Part shown: one piece after another, positions 52,110-64,000 of the stretch
Position numbering within the stretch: position 1 is the stretch's first letter
How the letters are laid out: each line of letters starts with the position of its first letter
Origin: the human T2T-CHM13v2.0 reference genome, Homo sapiens
Strand: one strand, 5' to 3'
Assembly (NCBI RefSeq): GCF_009914755.1
Contig: NC_060931.1
DNA length: 64,000 nt
Program-made: the position numbers and the translations under genes
The notes under the pieces: model-generated
Seen by the model: only the letters and a program-made list of their open reading frames with translations
Told to the model about the DNA's origin: nothing
Database searches by the model: none

Positions 52110-53060
52110 TACCAAAGATTAAATATCTAAAGAATGCCTCAGAATAAATTCAAGATAAAATGTACAAAATCACTATAGATTATAAAATATTGTAACAAAA
52201 AAGACTTGGCAAAAAAATGAAATACATACCCTGCTACTGAATGAGAAGACACACTGTCACAAATGTTGATTAAGCCTCAGGTTCAAATACAAATTAAAGG
52301 GACCTTCAATCTGAATTTCAATATAATTTTTCACGGTATTTCCCAAATTGACTCCTATACATAATACATTTCAAACTAGCCAAGTCAAATCCTAAAAATA
52401 AAATAAGAGATGGTTTTGGACTAACATTAAACAACTGATTTTAAACGTCTGAAATTAGCTCAGAAATAGACAAGTAAATCAAAGGAAGAGTGCCTGTAAA
52501 CATACATATATGGGAACTTAGTGTATGTCAAATACAGCATAAGAAACCAGTTAAGAAAGGGTAAACTATTCAGTATCTGATATGGTGGTAACTTAATTTT
52601 TATATGCTGAAGGCATCCTATCTACCAAAATATTCAAAAACTAAATTCCAGATCTAGTTCTATTTAAAACTCCAATTTGAAATATTACTGTTTAAAAATT
52701 ATTAGAAGAAAATATAAGTTAATATATTTATGATCTCCATGAACAGCAAGTATTTCTTAGGCAAGTCCCTCAATGAATAAGTCAGTAAAAAATGATAAAT
52801 TTAAACATAACAGAATCTGAATAGTCTATTTAACAAAGACAAGCAAAAACCTGTGAGAAAAAAAAAGATAGTACACACTATATTACATATAAAATATAGG
52901 AAAAATAAAATATAGGAAACACTATACTACATATGAAAAAAGATACGTATATACTATATAAAGAACTTCTGTAAATTAATAAAAACAAATTACAATAGAG
53001 AAAAAGAACATATTAAGACAGGTCACAGAACAAGAAAAAAGAATGAAAAATATACTTCTA
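52110..53060 (+). mobile_element. L1ME-type ORF2 relic
   Basis: TATGGGAACTTAGTGTATG...AAACTATTCAGTA...AATTCCAGAT...TTAGAAGAAAATATA...AAGACAAGC...TATAAAGAACTTCT. Confidence 0.7.
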
Positions 53061-53064
53061 TTTT

Positions 53065-54300
<1,236 letters not shown>

Positions 54301-54335
54301 TAGGATTAAGAATGGTTTGTTGTGTATTTGCTTAC

Positions 54336-54695
54336 TGTTAGTAATAAGTGTTCTCCTGAAAGATTTACATACATACACGAGTATATTTATACATGTAGAG
54401 TAAAGAGATTTAGTATGAGGAATTGGCTTACATGATTCTGAAGTTTGAGAAGTCCCACAATCAGCAATCTGGAGACCAAAGAAAGCAGGTGGTATCATTC
54501 AGTTCAAGTCCAGAGGTGTAATAATGAGTGGAGCTGATAATGCAAATCTCAGGTCAAGGGCAGGAGAAAACCGATGTCCCTGATTCAAATCCTAATCTCA
54601 TCTGTAAACACCCTCATGGACACACCAGAAATGTTTCACCAGATATCTCAGTATCATATGGCCCAATAAGTTAACACATATAATTAACCAGCACA
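54336..54695 (-). mobile_element. MLT2 (MLT2C/D-like) LTR, the 3' LTR of the ERV-L
   Basis: GAGATTTAGTATGAGGAATTGGCTTACATGATT...GAGAAGTCCCACAATC...AAGTTAACACAT..AATTAACCAGCACA, followed by the reverse complement of a polypurine tract. Confidence 0.85.
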
Positions 54696-55785
54696 AGTCT
54701 ACTCCTTGCTAACTTGGCACCCATACACATCTCCTTAAGCCATAGTTACTCTCCAAATAAGATAATAACAAGATCATAAATCATAAGTCTGCTTAACTTG
54801 ATACAACCGTCCTGCACACAACTGAAGACACATGATCTCTTTCCCCAAAAGAGGAGGTAATGTCTTTGAGTTTTATTAATTCATCTCTTTGATATCCCAT
54901 AACTTAAATACTATGATGTAAAATTAACAATACTTAAATACTGTGATATAGAGTCAATATAGCTTATATTACATAATAAAGGAATAAAATGGAAAGAAAA
55001 TAAATAAATTTGATACACACAGCTGTATTTATAACAAACTAAGAAGAAAATACTCATGACAGTTACAGTCCTTGTTTCTGTAACTAGTCATGTGTTTATA
55101 GCTGGTATTTATAACTACTTATCCTACTACTTATTTCTTTTGCCGTCAGCAAGCAACTCAACTGGCAGTGGTTCTCTACCTGGTGGGATGACACAGACCT
55201 TCATACCTGAGGGTTCTGGGGCATTAGTAGTTTTTCCTGGATTGGATTATTATAGTTTTCCATTGACCTTAATCACAGGGCACGGTAATAGTAAGAGACA
55301 CCCTAATGAATCTCTTGTATTCCAGATATACTCTTCCTTACCTTTATTGTGGAGTAATTGTCTAATTTCCCTTTGTCAGGATCAATTACTCACTTCAGCC
55401 AGCTCTGTGACTCCCTTCTTTACCTCTTGATTCAAGGCTTGAGGAGCCCAAAGTGGCTAGGCAGCAGTCTTAACTTCCAGTTCAATGAAGTCATTGTTGG
55501 TTGTGTCTCTTGGTAGAAGAATTACTGCCTCTAGAACTAAGACCTCTGGCCAGCAGAGCTTAAGGTTACAGGAACAGGAAGCAAGAATTTTGCTAGTAGG
55601 TCACTGAATGTGAATGAGTAGTGTCATTCCCATTACCATGCCTTGATTCCTGGACCCATGAATCTTGGATATCGGAGAAACAGAACCGAATATTGAATGA
55701 TAGTTCAGAAAGCATGCAGTCTTCTGAAGAACTCTGTCCCATTCTGACAAATGATAGCCACCTAGCTGGTCATCAAAAGGCCATT

Positions 55786-56004
55786 TCACTGTTCTATCAA
55801 ACCAGCTGCTTCAAGATGAGGGATGGGAGGGTGCATGGTAAAAACAGTGAATTCCATGGCGAAGAGACCATTACCACAGTCTTTTGCTGTGAAGTAAATT
55901 CCGTAATCAGGTAATGCTGTATGGAATATCATGAGAGTGGATACAGCATTCTGAAAGTCTGTGAGTGGTAGTTTTAGCAGAAGCATTGTGTGCAGGGAAG
56001 GCAA
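55786..56004 (-). pseudogene. ERV-L integrase core remnant
   Basis: DYGIYFTAK...HPPIPHLEAAGLIEQ resembles ERV-L SDQGTHFTAK...YHPEAAGLIER. Confidence 0.8.
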
Positions 56005-56138
56005 ATTTGTGTCCAGAGTAAGTGCCTATTTCAATAAGAAAACATTGCCTCTTACATGATGGAAGCAATCCGATATAATCAACCTACCACCAGGGAGCGG
56101 GCTGATCATACTCCAGAAAATGGCGCCATACTGGGGTC

Positions 56139-56420
56139 TCAGTTGCTGACACGTTGTGCATTCAAAGGTAACCATAGGAAATTTGGCATTGGTGACTGAC
56201 AGTCAATGTTGCTGAGCTCATGCATAATCTCTATTCCTGCTTCCATAGCCACTTTGTTCATGAACACACCGGGCAACGACAGGAGTAGCTGGGGAAACAT
56301 GTGTCTGGTATCCACAGAATAGGTAATCCTATCTACTTCATTACTGAAATCCTCTTCATCTGAAATCACCCTTTGGTGAGTATTCACATGGGATACAAAT
56401 ATCTTCATGTTGTTTTCCAT
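56139..56420 (-). pseudogene. ERV-L RNase H remnant
   Basis: MKIFVSHVNTHQRVISDEEDFSNEVDR resembles ERV-L VKIFVSHVNAHQRVTSAEEDFNNQVDR. Confidence 0.82.
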
Positions 56421-57465
56421 TTAAAGAGATGTATCTACTTACCTCGTCCCCCAATTTGTTTCCCAATTTTCTTTGTCATCAGTTTTTCTATTATATCCCT
56501 TCTAAGCCCTGACCATCCAGCCAAACAATTAAACACAGTCCATGAATTTGCATATAATCATAAGTCTGGATATTTCTCCTTCTAAGTAAAGTGTGTAACA
56601 AGGGAACTGCTTAAATTTATATTCACTGGGAGGAGTTCCCTTCACCACTATCCTTTAGGATGTCCCAGGAAGGGACTGTAGTACTATAGCTGTCCATTTT
56701 CAGGGGATGCCTGCATATTATGCAGATTTATAAACCAGGCCCAAGGCTTCTATTTGTCTGTCAACTGCATAGGAAACTTCCCATGAGGCCACAGATGCAA
56801 GCTGAGAGAGAAAGGCTTGTATATCAGCAGTGGGGACTATGAGTATTTGGGCCACTTCTTCATGTAACATACTTGTACCTGTTCAAGCCTTATTATGTAT
56901 ATACCATTTCTGTCTGATGATGCAGTGCTGCTGTGTACACTCACTTTATGGCTCAGTGGGTCAGATAACACCTAGTTAATGATAGGCAGTTCAGGTCACA
57001 TGGTAACTTGGAGGCCCATGGTTAAATGCTCAGTCTCTACTGTTGCTCAGTAGCAGGCCAGGAGCTGTTTATCAAAGGGAGGCATTTTCTGTGGAGAATG
57101 GCCAGGTATTGCTCCAAAATTCTGAAGATCTTTGCTATTATTCACAAAAAAGGGCCTGGTATTGTCTCCAAAGAGCATTCCTATCTGCCACTGACATTTC
57201 AAGCACCATTGGATCTGCAGATCATATGGCCCAAGAAGCAGAGAAGCTTGTACAGCAGTCTAGATCTGTTGCAGAGCCTTCTCCTGTTCTGGGTCCCATA
57301 AAAATCTAGCAGCTTTTTGAGTCATTTGGCAAATAGATTAGGGTAACACCCGAATGAGAAATATGTTACCTCCAAAATCCAAAAGGAATTACTAGTCATT
57401 GTACCTTTTTTGTTGTAAAAGGGTCCAGATATAGAAACTTATCCTTTAACCTTAGAAGGAATATT

Positions 57466-57651
57466 TCAACATGTCCCACACCATTGGACTCCTAGAAATT
57501 TCAATGACATTAAAAAATTGTGAATTTTTGTCAGATTTATTCCCCACCCTTTGGCATGTGAGCGTCTTACCAAGTCTAGAGTAGTTGGTATTTCTTGTTC
57601 ACTAAGTCCAATCAGCATAATGTCATCAATGTAATGGATCAGTGTGATCAC
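57466..57651 (-). pseudogene. ERV-L reverse transcriptase remnant with YIDD catalytic motif
   Basis: ITLIHYIDDIMLIGLSEQEIPTTLDL...GWGINLTKI...KFLGVQWCG. Confidence 0.9.
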
Positions 57652-58254
57652 TTGTGGAAGGAAAAGGTGATTAAGATCCCTGCAAACTAAATTATAAATA
57701 GGGCTGGAGAGTTAATATACCCCTAAGGCAGTACAGTGAAGGTGTATCTCTGGCCTTGCTAGCTGAAAGAAAGCTGTTTCTGGTGGGCCTTATTGACAAG
57801 GATGGAGAAAAAGGCATTTTCTAGACCAATATCTGCATACCAGGTACCAGAAGATGTGTTAATTTGCTCAAGCAATAAAACCACAGTTGGTACAGCAGGT
57901 GTAGTTGGAGTTACCACCTAGTTAAGCTTGTGATACTCTACTGTAATTCCCCAAGATCCATCTAGGTTTTGCTCAAGTCAAATAGAGCTGAGTGGAGATT
58001 TAGTAGAAATCATTATCCTAGTATCTTTCACATCCTTGATGGTGGTAATAATCTCTGAAATTCTTCCATGAATGTTGTGTTTATTATGGTTTACTATTTT
58101 TCTAGGTAAAGGCAGTTGTAGTATTTTCTACTTGACCTTCCCCGCCAAAATAGCTCTTACTCCACAGGTCAAAAACCAGTGTGAGGATTGTGCCAGTTAC
58201 TATTTCCATTCCAATTATGCATTCCAGAACTGGGGAAATAACCACAGGATGGGC

Positions 58255-58539
58255 TTAGGGATGCACTGGGCCTACTATGAGATGTCCCTGAGCTAAAATA
58301 CCATTAATCATCTGGCTTCCAAAAACTTCTACTTTGCCTAGTGGACCACAGTCACATTTTGAGTCTCCTGAAATAAGCATCAGTTCAGAGTCAGTGCCCA
58401 GTAATCTCCCAAAGGTATGATTATTTCCTTTTGCCCAATATAGAGTTATCCTGATAAAAGGCAGTAAATCTCTTTGGAGGAAGCTGGGAGAAGGATTAAC
58501 AATATAAATTTTTGGTATTATACCCAGATTCTTCCTCAA
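58255..58539 (-). pseudogene. ERV-L protease remnant (catalytic motif degenerate)
   Basis: RDLLPFIRITLYWAKGNNHTFGRLLGTDSELMLISGD. The canonical LLDTGS reads LLGTDS. Confidence 0.8.
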
Positions 58540-60358
58540 GAGGACCCAGTCTCTCCTTTATTCAAGGGGTTTTGGGTCTATAAACAAGCTCAAGTCTAGT
58601 AATTGATTGACAAACTGTGACTCTATGTTTTTGATTCAGGTCAGATTTGTTTCCTATAATTTTTTCTCCCTATACAAATCAAGTAAGAATTTAGCAGGCT
58701 TCCTATTTCACTTTTAGAAACACTGTGACCAAGTAGCCAACACGATTAGTCTGTGTGAGTCAGGCTGTTCTGATTGCATCTTCATCTCTGCTGTCTGTTA
58801 TGGTGACCATATCCACCTTGTCTTTGAAGGCTGAGTGCCAACACTTGGCCCCTGGTGTCCCAAGACCCAATTACTCTCATTGTATTTATGTTTTCCAATT
58901 TGGTAACTGCAGTTTCCACTGTGAGGTTTGTCCTACAGAGAACAGTGATCAAAGAGCTTTTTAAGGATGCTGGGTCCTCCCTCACAATGTATTTCTCACA
59001 ATTTTGGTGAAAGTTATCTCTTCTGGACTTCACCAGTGTGGGTGAGGTCTTCAATGACAAATCCATTCTAAGATTCTAATCTCCCTAAGAATTAAATGGC
59101 TTGCTCTACATTAAACCAAGGAAGGCATGGCATCTATAAGTTGCTCACTGTGGGCCACCTTTTGACCCATGTTTCAGTCAACCACCCAAACTGTGAGAGC
59201 CCTTTCTAACTCCCCAAGCTGCAATATTAAATCCAGAATTTCTGCTTAGTGGGCCCATATCAATAAATTCAGCTTGGTTCAGCTTTATGCTTCTTTCACC
59301 ATTACCTCACTCCTCTAGCATCCCTTCCCACACATGTTCACTGGATTTCTGTCTGTGCAAATAAATTATAGAACTCAAGTGTTTTTTTGGTGTTTAGCTC
59401 ACTTCCTCACACTTTGTACTTCACCTCTGGGGCCCTACTGGGACTTGAGTCTAGTTATAGGTCTAGACATAAAGAAGTGTGGTGCGGGTGGATCCTGAAA
59501 TGAATCAGCATTCCCTTCCAAGGAAACTGCCTCAGAAGAGGTCACCACAACTTCCTCACACAATACAGAATGATTTCTCTCAGAATTCAGGTGAAGAGGC
59601 TGCAACTACTGAGAATAGAGGAGCTACACAGCTAGGGGTAGAGAGTCTCTTCCACTAGAACGAGGAACGCAATTCTGCCTAGAATAGAGAGGTCACATAC
59701 ACTGGCAAAGAAGACTGATCAGAATTTCGAAGTTCAGTGTGGTCAGCTTCATCATGGTCTACACCCACATCCTCATCCCAACATACAGGATTCCATTCTT
59801 TTCTAAACAATGCCCTCATTTTAGCAGTAAACATTCTGCAAGGCTAGGAGTTCAATTTGCATTATAATCCAGCCAGTTCTAGGACGAGAATCTATGCTTG
59901 ATTTTTAGCAATCTAATTCCTGAGTCTACAGGACATAAGCATTTCTTTTAGAGCACACATGAAAGGTTACTGATCATTTATGCAGCCCTTGGGCCATGAG
60001 TTTGAATCTCTGACCTCATTGTTTTGGTACCATTTTGACCAGTGATATTAGAAGCAACTAGCTAACCTCAATTATATTCATTAGTTTTCCAAACAATATT
60101 TGCAAGTATCACACAGATAGTCTCTCAACTCATTGCTTCTTATAAATTGCTAATCTGAAGTCTCCAGTAAAGATTTTGTGTATCTCTATCGCCAGATCAT
60201 GCCATGGAATGTCGCTGCTCTCTTTACTACTGGAAATAGAGTCTTTAGTGTCTTTAACTGTAATCAGATTGGAGAGCCAATTTCAAAAACCCCAGAATCA
60301 ATTCAGAAAATTATTATTACCATTCTGTTTTTCTAGACCTACTCTCAGGGTTAAAATA

Positions 60359-60440
60359 TGTGTTAGTCATTGCTCTCTAGAGAAACAAAATCAATGGGAT
60401 ATGCGCGCGCACACACACACACACACACACACGCACATTC
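60359..60440 (-). mobile_element. Truncated MLT2 5' LTR remnant (U5 end) with an expanded (CG)n(CA)n tract
   Basis: TGTGTTAGTC...CTCTAGAGAAACAAAATCAATGGGATAT matches the reverse complement of the MLT2 3' end and directly abuts the internal region. Confidence 0.75.
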
Positions 60441-60446
60441 TCACTA

Positions 60447-60535
60447 CAGTTGTCCCATAAGATTATAATGGAGCTGAAAAATTCCAATTGCCTAGTAAAT
60501 TTGTAGCCATTGTAATGTTGTAGCACAATTACAAC
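60447..60535 (+). mobile_element. Tigger3a-like (TcMar-Tigger) fragment
   Basis: GTCCCATAAGATTATAATGGAGCTGAAAAATTCC...GCCTAGT...GTAGCCATTGTAATGTTGTAGCACAAT. Confidence 0.75.
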
Positions 60536-62571
60536 ATGTTAAATAGCTATTATTTTAGAATGTTAAAATAGCTATCATTAGTGATTGTGAAAAACAAGCA
60601 ATCCAAATATTCACCAATAAAGTCTTTGTAATGTAAAGTGTGACACATCTTTACTATAGAATACAAATTAGCCAGTAAAATTATTATATCAATCTCTATA
60701 TAGATAAATTATCAACAATACATTAAACAGGTGACAGTGGAGAATGATCCCATTTTTCTAAAATTGAGTACATATGCATAGAAAAAAAGTTAAGGAAATA
60801 CTCCAAAGTGCAACATTTTATTTCTAAAATATGCAATTATGGGTGCTTTTCACTGTATGCATATATCTATATCTATACATCCTCAGCTTTTAGGTAAAGA
60901 ATATTTTTTAAAATATTACAATTATATAAGGAAAGAAAAAGTATCTCTAACAACTTTCTGATTTAAAAGCAAAAATCTCTCTCTTACAGGCACAATAGGA
61001 TATACACTATCAATCAGGGACCCAACTTCTAAGTTGATAATGACGGATCATCAAAAAGAACTAGTCCTTGGAATTTACTGTTATTCTTTCACTGACAAGA
61101 ACAATATCAACCATCTCCATCTTGGGGAATAACACCATTACTTTTCTTCAGAAACCAGTCTACCTCATACAAAAATCCAATCTCTCTTCATTACTGGCAC
61201 CTGAACAAGATGTCTATTTAGTCAATTTTCCAGGCAAAGAAAAACAAGAGTTCCACAGTTCACTCTAAATCTCAAAACCCCAAACGATTACATCAAATGG
61301 ATAAGGTCCAAAATTGAGACTTTTCAGGGAGCAGTAAGAGCTATTTTGCCTCTAGGGTGTCTCTGCTTTTAGAACGAAGTGATGCAAACTTTCATAAAAC
61401 AATTTGTCACTGCAGATTTGTGAGATTCAGTCTCCCTTGAGGCTGATGACTGCTCAATGTTTTATGTATCATGATGCCAGACTTGTCAGGATTTTATTAT
61501 TATTATTATTATTACTTCAATGACTAAATTGAAGCTTAGAAAATCGAGCCATTCTGTTTTTACTGCCTTATGATAAGTAATGGTTAATAAATATAGAAAG
61601 CAAGCTTTAGTAAACATTTTCACCAAAGAAGCCCGAGAATGCCTGAGATGACAAGTGTCCATGGATCTTCAGTGGGATGCTTATTCCTGCTTCATGTCAT
61701 GGATACTTTTGCCCTTCTTTTCTATCTTTACTTGAAAGTCGTCTTAACTATTCCAAGAGTTTAAAAGATCCATGACCATTTCTTGAGGTCATTTTAAGAA
61801 TTGCCACATAGGTAAAAACAACTTTGGGTCAAATGTAATACACAAAATGTTTTTTGATTGCCTTTCATTTGCATGACTTTCATAACATTATGAATTTCAG
61901 CACCTGTTTTCAACCAGTTCAAGAACATATTATTTCATTAATATCAACCTTCCTCAAAGTGTCAAGTAGAATAATGAGATATAAATTTGCCATAACTGAT
62001 ATGTTTAAAAAAGTAAAGTGATAATTCTGCTATTATTTGGATATGTACACACACAAAAAATTGTCACTCTTCATTTTTCTTTTAACAAAATTGCAAAAGG
62101 AAAGGGAAATACAACTGTTATTCATATGTTCCTTAAAATAATATTTTATGGCTTTTATATATAGGTTAATATTTTTCATTTTATATGTTATATATCCCTG
62201 GGTTCTAAATATTTTATAGATAAGACAATAATCTTTTAAAAAATTATATTAGTTTCTATGAGGACATACAGGTAGTAGGTGGTAAAGCTAAGATTTGAAA
62301 TCTGCTCTGCTGTGCGGGAAGCCCATCTTTAATTTTGCTTATTACATAAAAAACTTGATTATGTGAATTGGTGGCATTTGAAAGCCCTTTCCCACAGCAT
62401 TGTGATGCTAATAATTACAATAATTGTCATTTTATGAACTACATTTAGATTTAAATCATATTCAAAAAATGCTAACTTAAGAATATATTTTATTAAATAT
62501 AATTACCCTAAAATAAATTTAAATAAAATCATAATATAAAACATATTTTTAATTCAATTAATCAAACATAA

Positions 62572-62740
62572 AGGAAGTGACAGATACGGTAAGAACACAG
62601 GCTTTGCAATCAAATATATGTATATATTTGTTTCAAATTTAGCTCCTGCCTTCCCTAGTTTGCTCACATTAAGCAATTTACTTTATTTCTGTATGCTTCA
62701 GTTTCTTTATCTGCAAAATAGATCCTCTAATTCTTGGAAA
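62572..62740 (+). mobile_element. MIR SINE
   Basis: GGTAAGAACACAGGCTTTG...TTCAAAT...AGCAATTTACTT...TCTGTATGCTTCAGTTTCTTTATCTGCAAAAT. Confidence 0.7.
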
Positions 62741-64000
62741 CAATTTGAAACTTTTTGACTTTTCTGTATCCTTTTCCATTTTTTCTAGTGGTATCTTGAT
62801 TTACTCCTATGCAAATTCTTCATAGTCTATGGTCTTAGTACGACCATACCTTTCTCTGCTCACTCTCACAATCTAACCCAAAAGAACAGAGATCTTTATC
62901 TTCCTTCACTTGAGAATGAACTGAAGGGAACATATGTCCAAAGTGTGACAAATCAGAGGCTGACCACAGAACTTTAGAGAGTGTAAAACAAAGCAGAGAG
63001 GATATTTAGAGGCCAGATTCATCACAGTGGAGAGGATTGAGGATGTAGGAGGGCCAGGAGATGAGCACTGGAAGAAGAGGGACATAATCATGACTCTGAC
63101 TCTTACTGCTTAAACCCATGAATACCCTTGTTTCCTATTTTTTCAAACATCATCTCTAAACCTCCTATTAACTCTATTAGCTTCTCACACAAACTTTTCC
63201 TAAGGAAATTCTTTTTAGAAACTAGAGTTTTTTTTTCTTTTCTTGTAAACCAAAACCTGGTTTATACAATAATAATCAAGGTGAAATGAAGTAATTTGTG
63301 TGAAAGTATCAGAAAAACTGGCATAGCAAAAATTTTAGCTATTGTAGTTTGTTATTATGATTATTACTTTTAAAATTTTTTTCAAAAAGGATTTGTGAAT
63401 GTTAGAATTATTTAAATGTGTTCTGCACACATTCCTCAGAAAGAATACTCCTGGACACAAAACACATTGCTAAGCACCTGGAATAAAATATCTCAGTCTT
63501 ATTTAGCTTTTTTTTCCAGGTCCTTAACAATGTGCTTTATACATAGGAGTGCTCTGTAAGTATTTGTGGAATGAATTAATTCAAACCTGAAAGAATGTGT
63601 ACAGATGTTCTTATTACTCTGCTCTATCTTTACAATGAGATGGTGAGGAGATGAGAGTAGCAGAAGACATGGTTACTAGCTAATTTCAATGTTGTTTATA
63701 GAAGCGAACCTTTTCTTACTAAGAAAAGGGGTGTGGCTAGGATTATTATATAACCATTAGAACAAAGAAACAAATGTTTCTAAATACTAAATAATGTGGA
63801 AATAAAATGAAACTTAAAAAAATGTGCATATAGTTAGAAGAAACCAAGTGGAAGGGACAGGAATAGAAGCTAGATTTATTAGAATATACTTTGATTTGCA
63901 AATTTGACTTTACTAACATGAACTTTACATAATTTAAATTTTAACACCATAAATTGAAAAGGAAATTAAACAAACTAATTGTATATCCAATTGGTGGCAA

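Larger units (their letters stand above)
54696..60358 (-). mobile_element. ERV-L internal region (HERV-L/ERVL-type gag-pro-pol-dUTPase, no env), ~5.7 kb, decayed
   Basis: Minus-strand remnants in retroviral order: gag (about 58600-60250), protease (LLGTDSELMLISGD), RT (TLIHYIDDIMLIG...KFLGVQWCG), RNase H (KIFVSHVNTHQR), integrase (YFTAK...EAAGLIE). Confidence 0.93.

Noticed and set aside
55056-60460. Plus-strand ORFs of 69-124 aa over the ERV-L
   Set aside because: Antisense shadows of decayed retroviral genes.
62895-63115. Purine-rich, exon-like stretch after a pyrimidine tract
   Set aside because: Weak acceptor (GAG), an early stop in the frame tested and no donor. It could be an old L2-derived segment.

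Overview
This is AT-rich primate (very probably human) genomic DNA that reads as intronic or intergenic. I found no recognisable protein-coding gene, RNA gene, CpG island or CRISPR array. Most of the window is transposable-element relics: nine Alus, several L1s of very different ages, L2/MIR relics, hAT-Charlie MITEs (MER20, MER5A, MER58A/B), solo LTRs (MST, MLT1, MER39-like), a complete THE1 MaLR provirus (35032-37304) and a near full-length decayed ERV-L provirus on the minus strand (about 54336-60440). The ORFs that I can recognise all come from repeats, and the rest look like chance ORFs. I cannot support a new biological system here. The most unusual signals are small DNA-rearrangement footprints: a complex templated insertion at 53999-54160, a palindromic 33-bp array at 12217-12322, three hAT MITEs stacked at shared 8-bp target sites, a twin-primed L1, and an apparently L1-retroposed MaLR LTR RNA. 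Repeat subfamily names come from recalled consensus sequences and need confirming with RepeatMasker/Dfam.
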